Assembly: GCF_009914755.1 (NCBI RefSeq)
Contig: NC_060925.1
Length of the DNA: 64,000 nt
From: the human T2T-CHM13v2.0 reference genome, Homo sapiens
Strand: one strand, 5' to 3'
Shown: one piece after another, positions 13,076 through 27,659 of the stretch
Numbering within the stretch: the first letter of the stretch is position 1
Layout of the letters: every line of letters begins with the position of its first letter
Program-made: the position numbers and the translations under genes
The notes under the pieces: model-generated
Database searches by the model: none
What the model saw: only the letters and a program-made list of their open reading frames with translations
What the model was told of the DNA's origin: nothing

Positions 13076-14028
13076 ATGGTTTTATCAAATCATTCCCCAA
13101 TACACAACATAGATCATCATTTTTCTAGCCTATGATAACAATTTCCTTGCTACCTACTCCAGGGTTCTAAAATCAATCTTACAAGTTTTAGGATTTTTAT
13201 TTGTCTATCAACCAATTTCTGTAAGAAATGTTTATATCAACTTTCAATCGGTTATATTATGGCAACAAGCATCCTGCAAATTTTAGTAAGTTACAACAAC
13301 TAAAGTTTATTTTTTCCTGTCATTACATGCTAGGCTGTAGGTCAGCAGTGACTTTGCTTCAAATGTTTTCTTTTTGAAATCTAAACTAGAGGAGCATATT
13401 CTACCTGAGAGATAAGATTCTCATAACAGAAGGAAAAAAACAATGGCAGAATCACCTAACAACTCTTAAATTATATGTTCAGAAGTGACATATGGCACTT
13501 ATATTCATGTGTCATGTCAAAGCAAGCCTCACTTCTAATGTGTTAGAGAAATATAGTATTCTTCCACAGTGTCATGCTATCTATCACAGATTGGAAATAA
13601 GATATTCATATTGCATGCTTCAGGGATAGAATAAAATTGATACTCTCTAAATTTCTTAAAGGCCAGTAAAAAATATTAACCTCAAAAATATTTTCTCACA
13701 AAGCTCAGTGCCATAATCTAAGACCAATGAGTATTTAACCTCTGTAATAATTATTTTTATTCTTTATTCTGTTTATTATAGGATTTTTGAAACCAATTAT
13801 ATTAAAAGGCCAACCTAAATATTAACATGGAGAAATAATTTCTATTGAGGCCCAGAACTATCATCTGAAACCAATGCTTTAGAACCCTTATTTTGAAATC
13901 AGGAGAGGAAAAGCTGTATAAAATTTTTTAAGCTCATAAATATATCTAATACTTTGATTTTAATATGAGAGTATTTTTCTGTTAACCCATGCCCATATAG
14001 ATACCTTGAATCTTAACTTCAATTATAG

Positions 14029-14248
14029 CAAGGGTCAGCAAATTATAGCCTGCAGGACAATTATATTTCACCACTTGTTTTACTGTATAAAGCTTATTGA
14101 GACTCATTATGCTCATTAGTGTATATATTGTCTATAGCTGTTTTTGCACTCAGTGGAAGGGTTTAGTTATTGCAACTGTTACAATATGGCCAATTGTAGG
14201 TAATTTTTTACTGTCTGGTTCTTCACAGAAAAACTTAGCTAACCTCTG
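14029..14248. mobile_element. MER58A hAT-Charlie fossil
   Basis: CAAGGGTCAGCAAATTATAGCC...ACAGAAAAACTTAGCTAACCTCTG, with TATAG-containing flanks on both sides. Confidence 0.8.
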
Positions 14249-14545
14249 CTCTATAGCAATAAACCTGAATTAATTAGTAAAATTTAATGAAAAATAATTT
14301 GACACTGAGAGATTAAGATGTGTTATGTTACATTGAAGATCACATATATTGAAAAGCAATCAATTTTCTATATCAGAATAGCTTCAATTTCCTACTCAGT
14401 CTATGTCCTTGCGTTGAAATTTAACAATATAACATACAAAACCTAAATAAAATTATTGATTTGTTGTTTCTATTACATGGCCATAAGTAAATTCAAGTGG
14501 TGCTTTTTTAAAAATTTATTATCAGATAGATAGTAATAAGTGCTT

Positions 14546-14885
14546 GTATTAGTCATGATTCTCCAAAGAAATAGAACCAATAGGAAATATAGAAATATCT
14601 ACATATAAATTATTAAAATTGGCTCATTTAATTCTGAAGGCTGAGAAGTCCTAAGGTCTCCCATGTACAAGCTAGAGTATCATGCACACCTGAGGTGTAA
14701 TTCAGTCTGAGTGCAAAGGTGATCTGATGTCTGAGGGCAGGAGAAGATGGATGTCCCAACTCAAGAATAGAGAAGAAGTTCACCTTTCCTATACCCTTTT
14801 GTTCTATCAGGGCATCATCTGATTAGATAATGTATACCCACATTAGTGAGGGCCATCTTTTTACTCAGTCCTCCAGTTCAAATAT
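14546..14885 (-). mobile_element. MLT2 (ERVL) LTR, partial
   Basis: TGTATTAGTCATGATTCTCCAAAGAAATAGAACCAATAGGA start and GGCTGAGAAGTCC motif. Confidence 0.82.
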
Positions 14886-15199
14886 AGGCAGATACCTTTT
14901 GCTAAGGCCTTGTTGCTGATATAGAAATAGACTATTTAATATAAAATGCATTTGTGGCAAAAGCTACTTATGGCAAAGACATTAAGATGTATTTCATTGA
15001 ACCATTCTTATATCACATTTGGCAAAGGCCTTCCTAATCAGTACTCCAAATGACAGGGAACATTTCTACTCTGTTATGTTATCATTAAAGTCTGGTCAAA
15101 TGTTTCAAGAATATGAAAGAATAATATCACATCACAAATGGTCATAAATGACATGATTAATACGTTATTGTAATTCAATGTTGTGGAATATTATGTGGC

Positions 15200-17485
15200 T
15201 GATATGGTTTGACTGTGTCCCCACCAAATCTCAACTTGAATTGTATCTCCCGGAATTTCCACGTGTTATGGGAGGGACCCAGGGGGAGGTAATTGAACCA
15301 TGGGGGCAGGTCTTTCCCATGCTATTCTCATGATAGTGAATAAGTCTCATGAGATCTAATGGGCTTATCAGGGGTTTCCACATTTGCTTCTTCCTCATTT
15401 TCTCTTGCCACTTCCACGTAAGATGTGCCTTTTGCCTCTTGCCATGATTCTGAGGCCTCACCAGCCATGTGGAACTGTAAGTCCAATTAAATCTCTTTTT
15501 CTTCTTAGTCTCAGATATGTCTTTATCAGCAAAGTGAGAACAGACTAATACAGTAAATTGGTATCAAGTGAGTGGGGCATTGCTGAAAAGATACACAAAA
15601 ATATGGAAGCCACTTTGGAACTGGGTAACAGGCAGAGGTTGGAACAGTTTGGAGGGCTCAGAAGACAGGAAAATGTGGGACAGTTTGGAACTTCCTAGAG
15701 ACTTGTGGAATGGCTTTGCCCAAAATGCTGATAGTGATATGGACAATAAGGTCCAGGCTGAGGTGGTCTCAGATGGAGATGAGGAACTTGTTGGTAACTG
15801 GAGTAAAGGTGACTCTTGTTAATGTTTTAGCAAAGAGACTGGTGGCATTTTGCCCTCTTCCTAGAGATTTGTGAAACTTTGAACTTGAGAGGGATGATTT
15901 AGGGTATCTGGTGGAATAAATTTCTAAGCAGCAAAGCATTCAAGAAGTGACTTGGGTGCTGTTAAAGGCATTTGGTTTTATAAAAATGCAGAGCATAAAC
16001 GTTTGGAAAATTTGCAGCCTGACTATGCAATAGGAAAAAAAAATCTGGGGAGAAATTCAAGCCAGCTGCAGAAACTTGAATAAGTATCAAGGAGCCTAAT
16101 GTTAATCTCAAAGATCATGGGGAAAATGTCTCCAGGCCATGTCAGAGACCTTCACGGCAGCCCCTCCCATCGCAGACCTGGAGGCCTAGGAGGAAAAAGT
16201 GGTTTTGTGGGATGGGTCCAGGATCCCTGTGATGTGTACAGGCTAGGGATTTAGTGCCCTGTTCCCAGCCACTCCAGCCATGGCTGAAAAGGGTCAATGT
16301 ACAGTTCAGGTTGTGGCTTCAGAGGGTGGAAGCTGCCAAGCCTTGGCAGCTTCCAGATGGTGTTGGGCCTGCAGATGCACAGAAGACCAGAATTGAAGTT
16401 CAGGAACCTCCACCTAAATTTCCGAAGATGTATGGAAACACGTGGATACCCAGGCAAAAGTTAGCTGCAGGGGTGGGGCCCTATGGAGAACTTCTGCTAG
16501 GGCAATGCAGAAGGGAAATGTGGGGTCAGAGCTCCCAGGCAGAGTCCCTACTGGGGCACTGCCTAGTGGAGCTGTGAGAGGAGAGCCACTGTCCTCCAGA
16601 ATCCTGAATGGTAGATCCACCAACAGCTTGTACTGTGAGCCTGAAGAAGCCACAGACACTCAATGGCAGCTTGCAAAAGCAGCTGAGAGGGAGGTTGTAC
16701 CCTGAAAAGCCACAGGGGCAGAGCTGCCCAGGACCATGGAAAGCAACTCTTGCATTAGTGTGACCTGGATGTGAGATCTGGAGTCAAATGGAGTCAAAGG
16801 AGATCATTTTGGAGCTTTGAAGTTTGACTGCCCTGCTGGATTTCAGACTTGCATGGGCCCTGTAACCCCTTTGTTTTGGCCAATTTTTCCCATTTAGAAT
16901 GGTTGTATTTACCCAATGTACCCCCACTGTATCTAGCAAGTAACTAGCTTGTTTTTGATTTTATAGTCTCATAGGCAGAAGGGACTTGCTTTGTCTCATG
17001 TGAGACTTTGGACTGTGGACTTTTGAGTTAATGCTGAAATGAGTTAAGACTTTGGGAGAGTATTGGGAAGGCATGGTTGGTTTTGAGGTTTTGAAATGTG
17101 AGGATATGAGATTTGGAAGGGCCAGGGGCAAAATGGTATGGTTTGGCTGTGTTCCCACTAAATCTCAACTTGAATTGTACCTCCCCAAATCCCCCCATGT
17201 TGTAGGAAGGACGCAAAGGGTGGAAACTGAATCATGGGGGCCAGTCTTTTCCATACTATTCTCATGATAGTGAGTAAGTCTCATGAGATCTGATGGGTTT
17301 ATCAGGGGTTTCTGCTTCTGCTTCTTCCTCATTTTCTCTTGCTGCTGCCATGTAAAAGGTACCTTTCACCTCACGCCATGATTCTGAGGCCTCCTCAGCC
17401 ATGTGGAACTGTAAGTCCAATTAAACCTCTTTTTCTTCCCAGTCTCAGGCATGTCTTTTCAGCAGCATGAAAATAGACTAATACA
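15200..17485 (+). mobile_element. THE1A MaLR provirus: LTR 15200-15552, internal 15553-17133, LTR 17134-17485
   Basis: Two ~352 bp THE1A-type LTRs (TG...GACTAATACA) flanking THE1 internal sequence; 5-bp TSD GTGGC/GTGTC with one mismatch. Confidence 0.96.
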
Positions 17486-19750
17486 GTGTCCAAAAGAGTA
17501 GCATCAATCTACGCATAATACTATTGGAAGATATACTGTGAAGTAAAATAATATAATTATTTATTTTGATATAATGCAGTCTGTGGGAAAATTCTTATCT
17601 ATGAAATATATTTGTATCCTTGAGGGTAGAGAACGCTGGGAGTCTGAAATGATATACCAAATTTTAGCTATAGTTTAGTCTGCGAAGAAAAATATGAAGA
17701 ATAGAGAGAGGCATCTTGAAGTGCATATTGTGATTCATATTTGTGTAATTTTCAAAAATTATATGGTAAATGTATAGAATATTTAATAGCAAAAATACTA
17801 CCTTATCATTAAGGATTGTGAAGCATTTAAGCCACCCTTGCTGAAGTACAGTGAAACACATTTGTAGAATTGTAAGGCATTGAAAGCCATATTCTAACAA
17901 TGAGAAGGAGCAATGCAGCCTGGTTATTAGGCTCTTAAATGATGAGCTGAAGTCTGTCCCAAGAAAAACTCATGGTAAGATAGACACAATGTAAACTGAC
18001 ATTTTGGGTGAGCTCTTCTGAAAAAGCTGTTCTTTGTGAAAGAAGTACTTGACAATCACTTAAATGTGCGAATTTCCAAACATCCTAAAAGCAACATGAA
18101 AGGCTGTGAAAATAAGAAAACAGTTTGTAAGTATATGTGACATTGTGCAGCAATTCCATATTCACAGACAACAAAGTTTAGGCCTTTTCAAAACACCACT
18201 TTTTCACACAAGAATAGAGAGAACAATGGAGGAAATCATGCCAGACACCGGATTGAAAACCAATCAACAACTTAACTTGCTATGGGGGGAGCATTTTGTA
18301 GTTTGTTGGTAATTGAAGAAAGATCAAGCTTTATCTGTAACCAGCCTAAGTCAGGTGCTACAGAGAATCCTGAGCACTTTTGCTATGATCAGAACTGATT
18401 TTGAATTTCAATTAAGAAGACAAATAACTGATTATTTCAATTACAGTAAATTATTCAAATCTATATACATTTTGCTATGACTGCCAACAATTAACTAACA
18501 GCATCTCAGTTGTAATGAGCTGTAAAATTGTCAGAAATGTATTTTATGAGTGTTAATACTTTACAGATTTTTAAATTTAGACTTCATAATGATTAGCTAT
18601 GGGTTGCATTAATGGTACAAGACATTTCTAAATGTAAAGAAAATAGTATTAATTTACGTACCACATAAAATCCCTGTTTTATGGTATTCCTTAATATTTT
18701 CATTTCAAAAATTACATTAAGATTATCTCTAACTATAGTATTTTAATGAACTACTGAAAACAATTAATGACTTCAAAAAAATATCTAAAGAGATAGTCAA
18801 CACAACCAAAACTGCTGCATATTTAGTAAACATTTTTAAAAGCATACTGTGTCAGATACAATATTGAGAAAAGCAGAATAAACAAAGATGATTTTTGTTA
18901 TATAAAGAACTCATATAAAATTAAAACACCTAAGGAACTACATCATTAATATTTGTTTTGAATTTCTTATACAGAATGTAAAATGGAACAACTCAAAAGA
19001 TAGTTATTAAACATAAATAATAAACTACAGAGAAAATAAAATCACAATTCTTTTTTATGTTTTACTTCAGCGTGTGTAACAGCACTGAGGAGTCTCTATT
19101 GTCCAATGTTTTCAAATATTCTATTTACAAAATCTCATCTTAAAAATGGAAATAAACAGCATTTAATTTTCAAGGTTCCAAAAGTACAAGAAATATAACA
19201 AAAAATGGTAAATCTTGTATACTGAACTGGCATCTATTCAGTAAGGACTTAAAAAGGTCAAAGTACCTAAACAATTCTTTAAAAAATTCATTATGACTAA
19301 ATAAATATGTGATAGCTTATTACGTTTTTCCCCTTTACACTATATGCTCTTTGAGGGCTGGGCTGTATTCCTCATGTATTTTATTTAGCAGATTCTTAAT
19401 ACGTATCTGTGATACAAGTAAATAAATTAATTGCTTTTGGAGAATATATAGTAATTAAAATCATTCATGAAATACTTCATATTTTGGGGAACACATAAGA
19501 ATGTCAATAACAATTATAAGACAGAATAAAAAAAGAACAACATAAGGAATGTAGAATCACTGTTTTTTAATCTAACTACCTAAAATGCTGTCTTGAGATT
19601 GAAAAATCAGTCTTGAGAGATGCAGGGCAAGATGGCAGAATACAAGGCTGCACTGATGGTCCTTTCTGTGAGAATCAATTTAACAACTATCTACACAGAA
19701 AAAAACATCTTTATAGAAACCAAAAATCAGATAAGCCACCATAGTACCTG

Positions 19751-20978
<1,228 letters not shown>

Positions 20979-23245
20979 AGTACCTGGTTTTATCTCTGTT
21001 TTGCTAAAAGAGACACTAAAGAGATAGAAAAATAATATTGAATTGCTGACACCACCTCTCCCCCACCTACCGGCAACATGGTGCATATAGGATCTCTCTG
21101 CACTTGGGGAGGGAGAACACAGCAACTGTGAGGCATTGAACTTAATGCTCTCCTGTAAGAGCAGAATGGGAAACTGGACCAAACACAGCTGATGCCCACC
21201 CATGGAGGGAGCATTTAAACCAGCCCTAGCTAGAGGGGAATCACCCATCCCTGCGGTCCGAATTTGAGTTTCTACAAACTTTGCCAACATGGGCTATAGT
21301 GCTCTGTGTCTCTAAATAAACCTGAATGTCAGTTTAGGCCATAAAGACTGCAACTTTTAGTCAAGTCCTAGTGCTGAACTAGGCCCAGAGAGAGTAGACT
21401 GGGGAGACACACAATCTACTGAGATACCACCAGGGGTAGCTATGGGAGTGCTGGCATCACCTCTTCTCTAACCCTAAGCTATACTGTTCAGGGTTCCAAA
21501 AAAGACCCTTTCCTTACTCTTAAGAAGAGGAGAGGGATGAATGGGAAGGACTTTGTCTTGCATCTTGGATACTAGCTCAGCCACTGCAGAATAGGGCATC
21601 CATCAGAGTCCTGAAGCCCTAGCTCCCAGACAACATTTCCGGACACTCTCTGAGCCAGAAAAGAACCCACTGACTTAAAGAAAAGGGCCCAGTTCTGACA
21701 GAACTCATCACCTGGTAACTTGACTTTTGGATAGCATTTTTGGACCTGTTCTGAGCCACAGGGCAGCCCATTGCCCTGAAGCATGAGTCTCAGCTCAAGC
21801 AGCATTCAGAAGAAGCTGACTTAGAGACAATGGGTATTAAGAAAATATCCACAACAGTTTGGTACTACTCCTCATGGCCTGGGCTGGTTTGTGGCTATGG
21901 AGTAAGGCTCCTCTGCCCTTGGAAAGCAGAGGGAAGAGTGGGAAATACTGCATCTTGTAGTTTGTTTACCAGATCCGCTGCAGTACAATAGAATACCAGG
22001 TAGACTTCTAAGGTTTTTGACTCTAGACCCTGACTCCCAGACAACACCTCTGAACCCACGTGGGACCTAGGGGACCTCACTGCACTGAAGGGAGGGACAC
22101 AGGCCTGGTTGGCTTTGACACTGGCCAATTGTAGAGGCTCAAGGCCTTGAGAGAATGTAGGCAATAGGCAGGTTGTGGTTATTAGCAGGCCTTAGGCAAG
22201 ACCCAGGTCTTGGGCAAGATCCAGCACTGTGCTGGATTCAGGTTTGACCCAGCACAGTCATAGTGGTGGTGGCCACAGGGGTACTTGTCATTATATCCCA
22301 GCTTTAGGTGTCTCATAACAGAGAGAGAGAGACTCTGTTTGTTTTGGAGAAACTGGGAGAGGAGAACCTGATAATTCAGATAAATCTCTCAGATCTTGTC
22401 TAAGGACATCAAGGTGGTACCTATCTGCATTTGCAGGAACCACAGCATTACTGTGCTGGGGGTGGCCCCATAAGCAGATACAGCTTATATCACAACATAC
22501 AAGTCCTTTGAAATATTCAGAAGGCCTTTCTAAAAAGGACAGCTACCAATAACCCCAGACAATGAAGAGTAAAATAAATACCTAACTCTTTACTGGCCAG
22601 ATGCCGAAGAACATCTACTGGCATCAACACTAGACAGGAAAACATGACCTCACCAGATAAACTAAATAAGGTATCAGGGGCCAATCCTGTAGAACAGAGA
22701 TATGTGACCTCTCAGACAGAGAATTTAAAATAGCTGTGTTGAGACAACTCAAAGAAATTCAAGATAACTCAGAGAAGGAATTCAAAATTCTATTAGATAA
22801 ATTTAATGAAGAGATTGAAATAATTTTTAAAAATCAAGCAGAAATTCTAGAGCTGAAAAGTGCAATTGGCATACTGAAAAATGCATCAGAGTCCATTAAT
22901 AGCAGAATACGTCAAACAGAAAAAAAACTAGTGATCTTGAAAATAGGCTATTTGAAAATACAGAAAGGAGACAAAAGAAAGAACAGTAAAAAATATAAAG
23001 CATGCCTACAGGATCTAGAAAAACAGCCTCAACGGGGTGAATTTAAGAGTTATTGGCCTTATTAAGGAAATAGAGAAAGAGAAGTAGAAGGTTTATTCAA
23101 AGGGATAACAGAAGACTTTCAAAACCTGGAGAAACATATCACTATTATCTGCTTACAGATCACCAAGCAGATATAATCCAAATAATACTACCTCAAGGCA
23201 TTTAATAATCAAACTCTCAAAGGCCAAGGATAAAGAAAGTATCCT

Positions 23246-26200
23246 AATTCCAGCCAGCCACCCGTAGCAGCATTGCACCTCCCAGGGAGAGATCTCCAGT
23301 GGGAAGGGGCAGGCTGACATCTTTGCTGTTTGGGTGACTTAGCCATTCTAGCCTTTTGGCTTTGAGGAGTCCAAGTGTACCAGGGTCAGGAAGGATACCC
23401 CAGCACAACACAGCTGCTCTACAAAAATGTGGCCAGACTGCTTTTTTTAAGCGAGTTCCCAATCCTTTACCTCCTCACTGTGTGGGACCTCCCAACCAGA
23501 CCTCAAACTAACCCAGCCAGCATTATCCACCCAACAGAGATAGGAAGCCTCCCTGGGACAGAGCTTCCAGAAGGAGGGGTAGGAAGCCATCTTTGCTGTT
23601 TTGACAACTTAGCCTTTGGAGAGTCCAAAACAACCAGGGGTAGAAGTGGTATCCCAGAACAACACGGCTGTTCTAAAAATACATAGTAAGTCTGCTTTTT
23701 TGAGCTACTCTCCAAACCTATTCCTCTTCACTGGGAGGGGCCTCCCAACGGGGGCCTACAGTCACCCCCACCAGTGTTCTGCACCAGACAGAGATATGAA
23801 GCCTCCCTGGGAAGGAGTTTCCAGAGGGAGGGGTGGGACAGCATCTTTGCTGTTTAGGTAACTTAGCTATTCTGGTCTCCAGACTTTGGAGAGTCCAAGA
23901 GGACCAGGAGATGAAGTGGACACCCAGCACGGCACAGATGCCCTGTGAAAACATGGTCAGGCTGCTTTTTTAAGTGGGTCCCCTCTTCCATTCCTCATCA
24001 CTTGATGGGGCCTCCCAACTGGGTTCTCCATCTACCCTCACTTGTGTTCTGTGACTGATGAAAGTTTCAAATCTCCCTGGGATGGAGCTTTCAGAGGGCG
24101 GGGCAGGCAGCCATCTTTGATGTTTGGGTGACTTAGTTATTCCAGTCTTTGGGCTTTGGAGTGTATGAGGTTCCCAGGGGCTGAAGTGTACCCCCAGCAC
24201 AACACAGTTGCTTGACAAAAACATGGCCAGACTGATTTTTTAAGCAGGTACCTGATTCTGTTCCTCCTCACTGGGCGAGACCTCTGCACCAGAATCTCCA
24301 GCTAAATTCTACTGGTGCGTTTGGGCCAGCAACGGGTCCGTAGCTTCCTGGGACAGAGCTTCAAAAGGGAGGGGCAGGTTGCCTTCTTTGCAGTTTCTCA
24401 GCCTTCACTAGTCAGACCTCCAGGTACTGGAAAAGCCAAGGTGACAAGATACTGGAGCAGGCCCCAAGCATACCACAGCAGCCCTATGGAAAAGTAGCCT
24501 GACTGCTATGTGGGTACCTGTTTCCATATCTGCTCCCTGGATGGGTTATCATTACTGTGTTCCAGCAACGCCCTGCCAGAGCTATCAAGCCAGGAGCACC
24601 TCAGCAACTCCCAGTACAGAGCCACCAGGGGCAATTGAAATCCTCTCTGCCACTGCCTGTACAGTGGAACTTCCCTCCTACCCTCAGACTAATGAAAAAG
24701 CAAAGATTCTAAGTGTTTTATCCACACCTCCAACAAACTGCAGTTGACCCAAGAAGACGAGGCCAGTCTGTCCCCCACAGATTCCAAACACCCTCCACCG
24801 CTCATCACTAGACAGTGAACCCTGGCTTGGGTCCACAGTACAGACCCTCCATCTGGCAATGATCACATGCCTCTGGTGTGCAGCCCCCAGGAGACAAGCA
24901 AAAGATCCTTGGCCACAACCACTACTAAGGTCCTTTCCTCTGCTGCCTCCAAGAAGGAACAGAAACACTGAGATTGTCCCAGAGCTGCAGTTGGCAGCCC
25001 AGGAGTGCCAAGCCACAATCTACAGGCATTATTCAAGGGAGAGAGAAACCCACATTTTCAGAGCATTGAGAAGGAACACAGCTGCGACTGTGAGGAAGCA
25101 TAGGAGAGCCACACAACTGAGTCTACCAACTGACCAGTCACCCAAGTGCCACCTACTGAATGTGCCATCCCAAAGGTGTAACACCCAAAATATCCCCCTC
25201 TGAAACCAGACAAGAACTCAGCTTAAAGACCAGTGAAAATATCCAGAAAAAAAGTCTATTGACTGTACTCAATCTACACTGCAGTTAAAGGAACAACCAC
25301 ACACAGAAATGAGAAAGAACCAACACAAGAACTCCAATAAATCAAATGGCTACAGTGACCTATGTCCTTCAAATAACCACACCAGTTCTCCAAACAAGAG
25401 TTCTCAACCAGAATGAGCTGGCTAGAATGTCAGAAATAGAATTCAGAATATGGATAGAAATGAAAACTGTCAAGATTCAGGAGGATGGCAAAACCCAGTC
25501 CAAGGAAAATAAGAATCACAATACAGTGATACAGGAGCTGAGGGACAAAATTGCCAGTGACAAAAAGAATGTATCAGATCTGACAGAGCTGAATAACAAA
25601 ATACAAGAATTTCACAATGCAATCACAAGTATTAAGAGAAAAATAAACCAAACTGAAGGAAAAATCTCTGGACTTGAATACTAGGTCACTGAAATAAGAC
25701 AGCCAGACAAAAATAAAAAGGAATCCACAAAACCTCTGAGAAGTATGGAATTATTATGTAAAGAGGCCAAATCTGTAAATCATAGGCATCCCTGAAAGGG
25801 AGGAGAAGAAAGCAAAAAACTTGGAAATCATATTTTGGGATATTACCAAGAAAAACTTCCCAAACTTGCCAGAGAGGGCACCAGTCAAATTCAGGAAATG
25901 CAGAGAACTCCTGCAAGATTCTACAGAAGGAGAGCACCCCTGAGACACTTAATTGTCAGATTTTCCATGGCCAAAATGAAAGAAAGAATGTTAAAGTCAT
26001 CTAGAGAGAAAGGCAGGTCACCTAAAAAGGGAACCCCATCTGTCTATCAGTGGACCTCTCAGCTGAAACCCTACAAGCCAGAAGGGATTGGGGGCCTATA
26101 TTCTAAAAGAAAAAATCTTCAACCAAGAATTTCATATCCAGCCAAACCAAATTTTTGTAAGCAAAGAATAAATAAGATCTTATTCAGATAAACAAACGTT

Positions 26201-27097
26201 GAGGGAGTTTGTTACCACTAGACCTGCCTTACAAGATATCTTGAAAGAAGCACTAAATGTAGAAAGCAAAGACTGCTGTCAGCTAATTAAAAAAAACAAA
26301 ACAAAACACTGTAACACAGAGACCTATGTCATTATAAGGCAACCAAACAAGGAAGCCAACATAATAACCAGCTAACAGCACAATGACAGGATCAGATTCC
26401 TACATATTAATATTAACTTTGAATGCAAATGAGCTAAATGCCCCACATATAAGGCACAGAGTGGCAAGCTAGAAAAACAAAGCAAGACCAAATGGTATGC
26501 TGTCTTCAAGAAACCCATGTCACATAAAATGACACCCATAGGCTCAAAATTAAGAGATGGAGTAAAATCTACCAAGCGAATAAAAAAGAGAAAAAAAAAC
26601 AGGGGTTGCAATCCTAATTTCAGACAAAAACAGATTGCAAACCAACAAAGGTTAAAAAACAAAAAGAAGGGCATTCCATAATAATAAAGGGTTCAATTCA
26701 AGCAAAAGACCTAACTATTCGAAATATATATGCATCCAACACGCAAGCAATCAGATTCATAAAGCAAGTTCTTAGATACCTACAAAAAGACAAGGACCCC
26801 CATACAATAATAGGGGACACTTCAACACTCCACTGACAGTATTACATAGATCATTGAGGCAGAAAATTAACAAAGATATTCAGGACCTGATCTCAACATT
26901 GGATGGAATGGATCTGATAGACCTCTGTAGAATTCTCCACCCAAAAACAATAAAATATACATTCTTCTCATTGCCACATGGCACATACTCTAAAATTGAC
27001 CGCATAATTCAACACAAACAATCTTCAGCAAATGCAAAAGAATGAAAATCATACCAAACACAGTCTTGGACCATAGTGCAACAAAAATAGAAGTCAT
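23246..27097 (+). mobile_element. L1PA13-16-like 5' portion: repeat-containing 5'UTR, ORF1 (~25300-26260) and ORF2 endonuclease remnant (~26380-27097)
   Basis: ORF1 remnant (SEIEFRIWIEMK...) and ORF2 EN remnant (RQKINKDIQDL...GTYSKID); 3' part is absent. Confidence 0.85.
23250..24480 (+). repeat. Diverged tandem array of ~265 bp period (4-5 units) in the L1 5'UTR
   Basis: The (GC)CATCTTTGCTGTTT...ACTTAG motif recurs at ~23318, 23587, 23841 and 24110, and in degenerate form at 24381. Confidence 0.85.
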
Positions 27098-27645
27098 TGT
27101 TGTTCAGTTCCAAGAATTCTTTAATTTCCATCTTGATTTCATTTTTGACCCAATGCTCATTCAGGAGCAGGTTATTTAATTTCCATATATTTGCATGGTT
27201 TTGAAGTTTCCTTTTAGAGTTATTTCCAATTTTATTCCACTGTGGTCTGAGAGAGGGCTTGATATAATTTCAATTTTCTTAAATTTATTGAGGCTCATTT
27301 TATGGCCTATCACATGGTCTATCCTGGAGAAAGTTTCATGCACTGTTGAATAGAATGTGTATTCTGTGGTTGTTGGATGAAATGTTCTGTATATATCTGT
27401 TAAGTCTGTTTGTTCCAAGTTATAGTTTAAATCAATTGTTTCTTTGTTGACTTTCTGTCATGATGACCTGTCTAGTGCTATCAGTGGAGTATTGAATTTC
27501 CACACTATTATTGTGTTTCTGTCTATCTCATTTCTTAGGTCTATTAGTAATTGTTTTATAAATTTGGGAGCTCCTGGGTTAGTTGCATATATGTTCAGGA
27601 TTGTGATATTTTCCTGTTGGACAAGGCCTTTTACCATTATATAAC
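27098..27645 (-). mobile_element. L1PB-like ORF2 endonuclease fragment, antisense
   Basis: Minus-strand ORF EQTDLTDIYRTFHPTTTEYTFYS...SDHSGIKLEI is the L1 EN domain. Confidence 0.88.
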
Positions 27646-27659
27646 GTTCCTGTCTTTTG

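Larger units (their letters stand above)
10300..13600 (-). mobile_element. Degraded MLT1J-like MaLR provirus (LTR ~10300-10660, internal region, LTR ~13230-13600) with nested elements
   Basis: Both ends carry MLT1J-like motifs (TTGGCCAAATCAAGTC; CAACAACTAAAGTTTATT...TCAAAGCAAGC); MLT1-internal-like sequence at 10820-11000. Confidence 0.6.

Noticed and set aside
15231-17267. Cluster of overlapping ORFs
   Set aside because: All lie within THE1A LTR or internal sequence and are broken by stops and frameshifts.
23244-25203. Repeated similar short ORFs, or a CRISPR-like array
   Set aside because: These are translations of the diverged L1 5'UTR tandem units; there is no identical repeat/unique spacer structure, and the DNA is primate.
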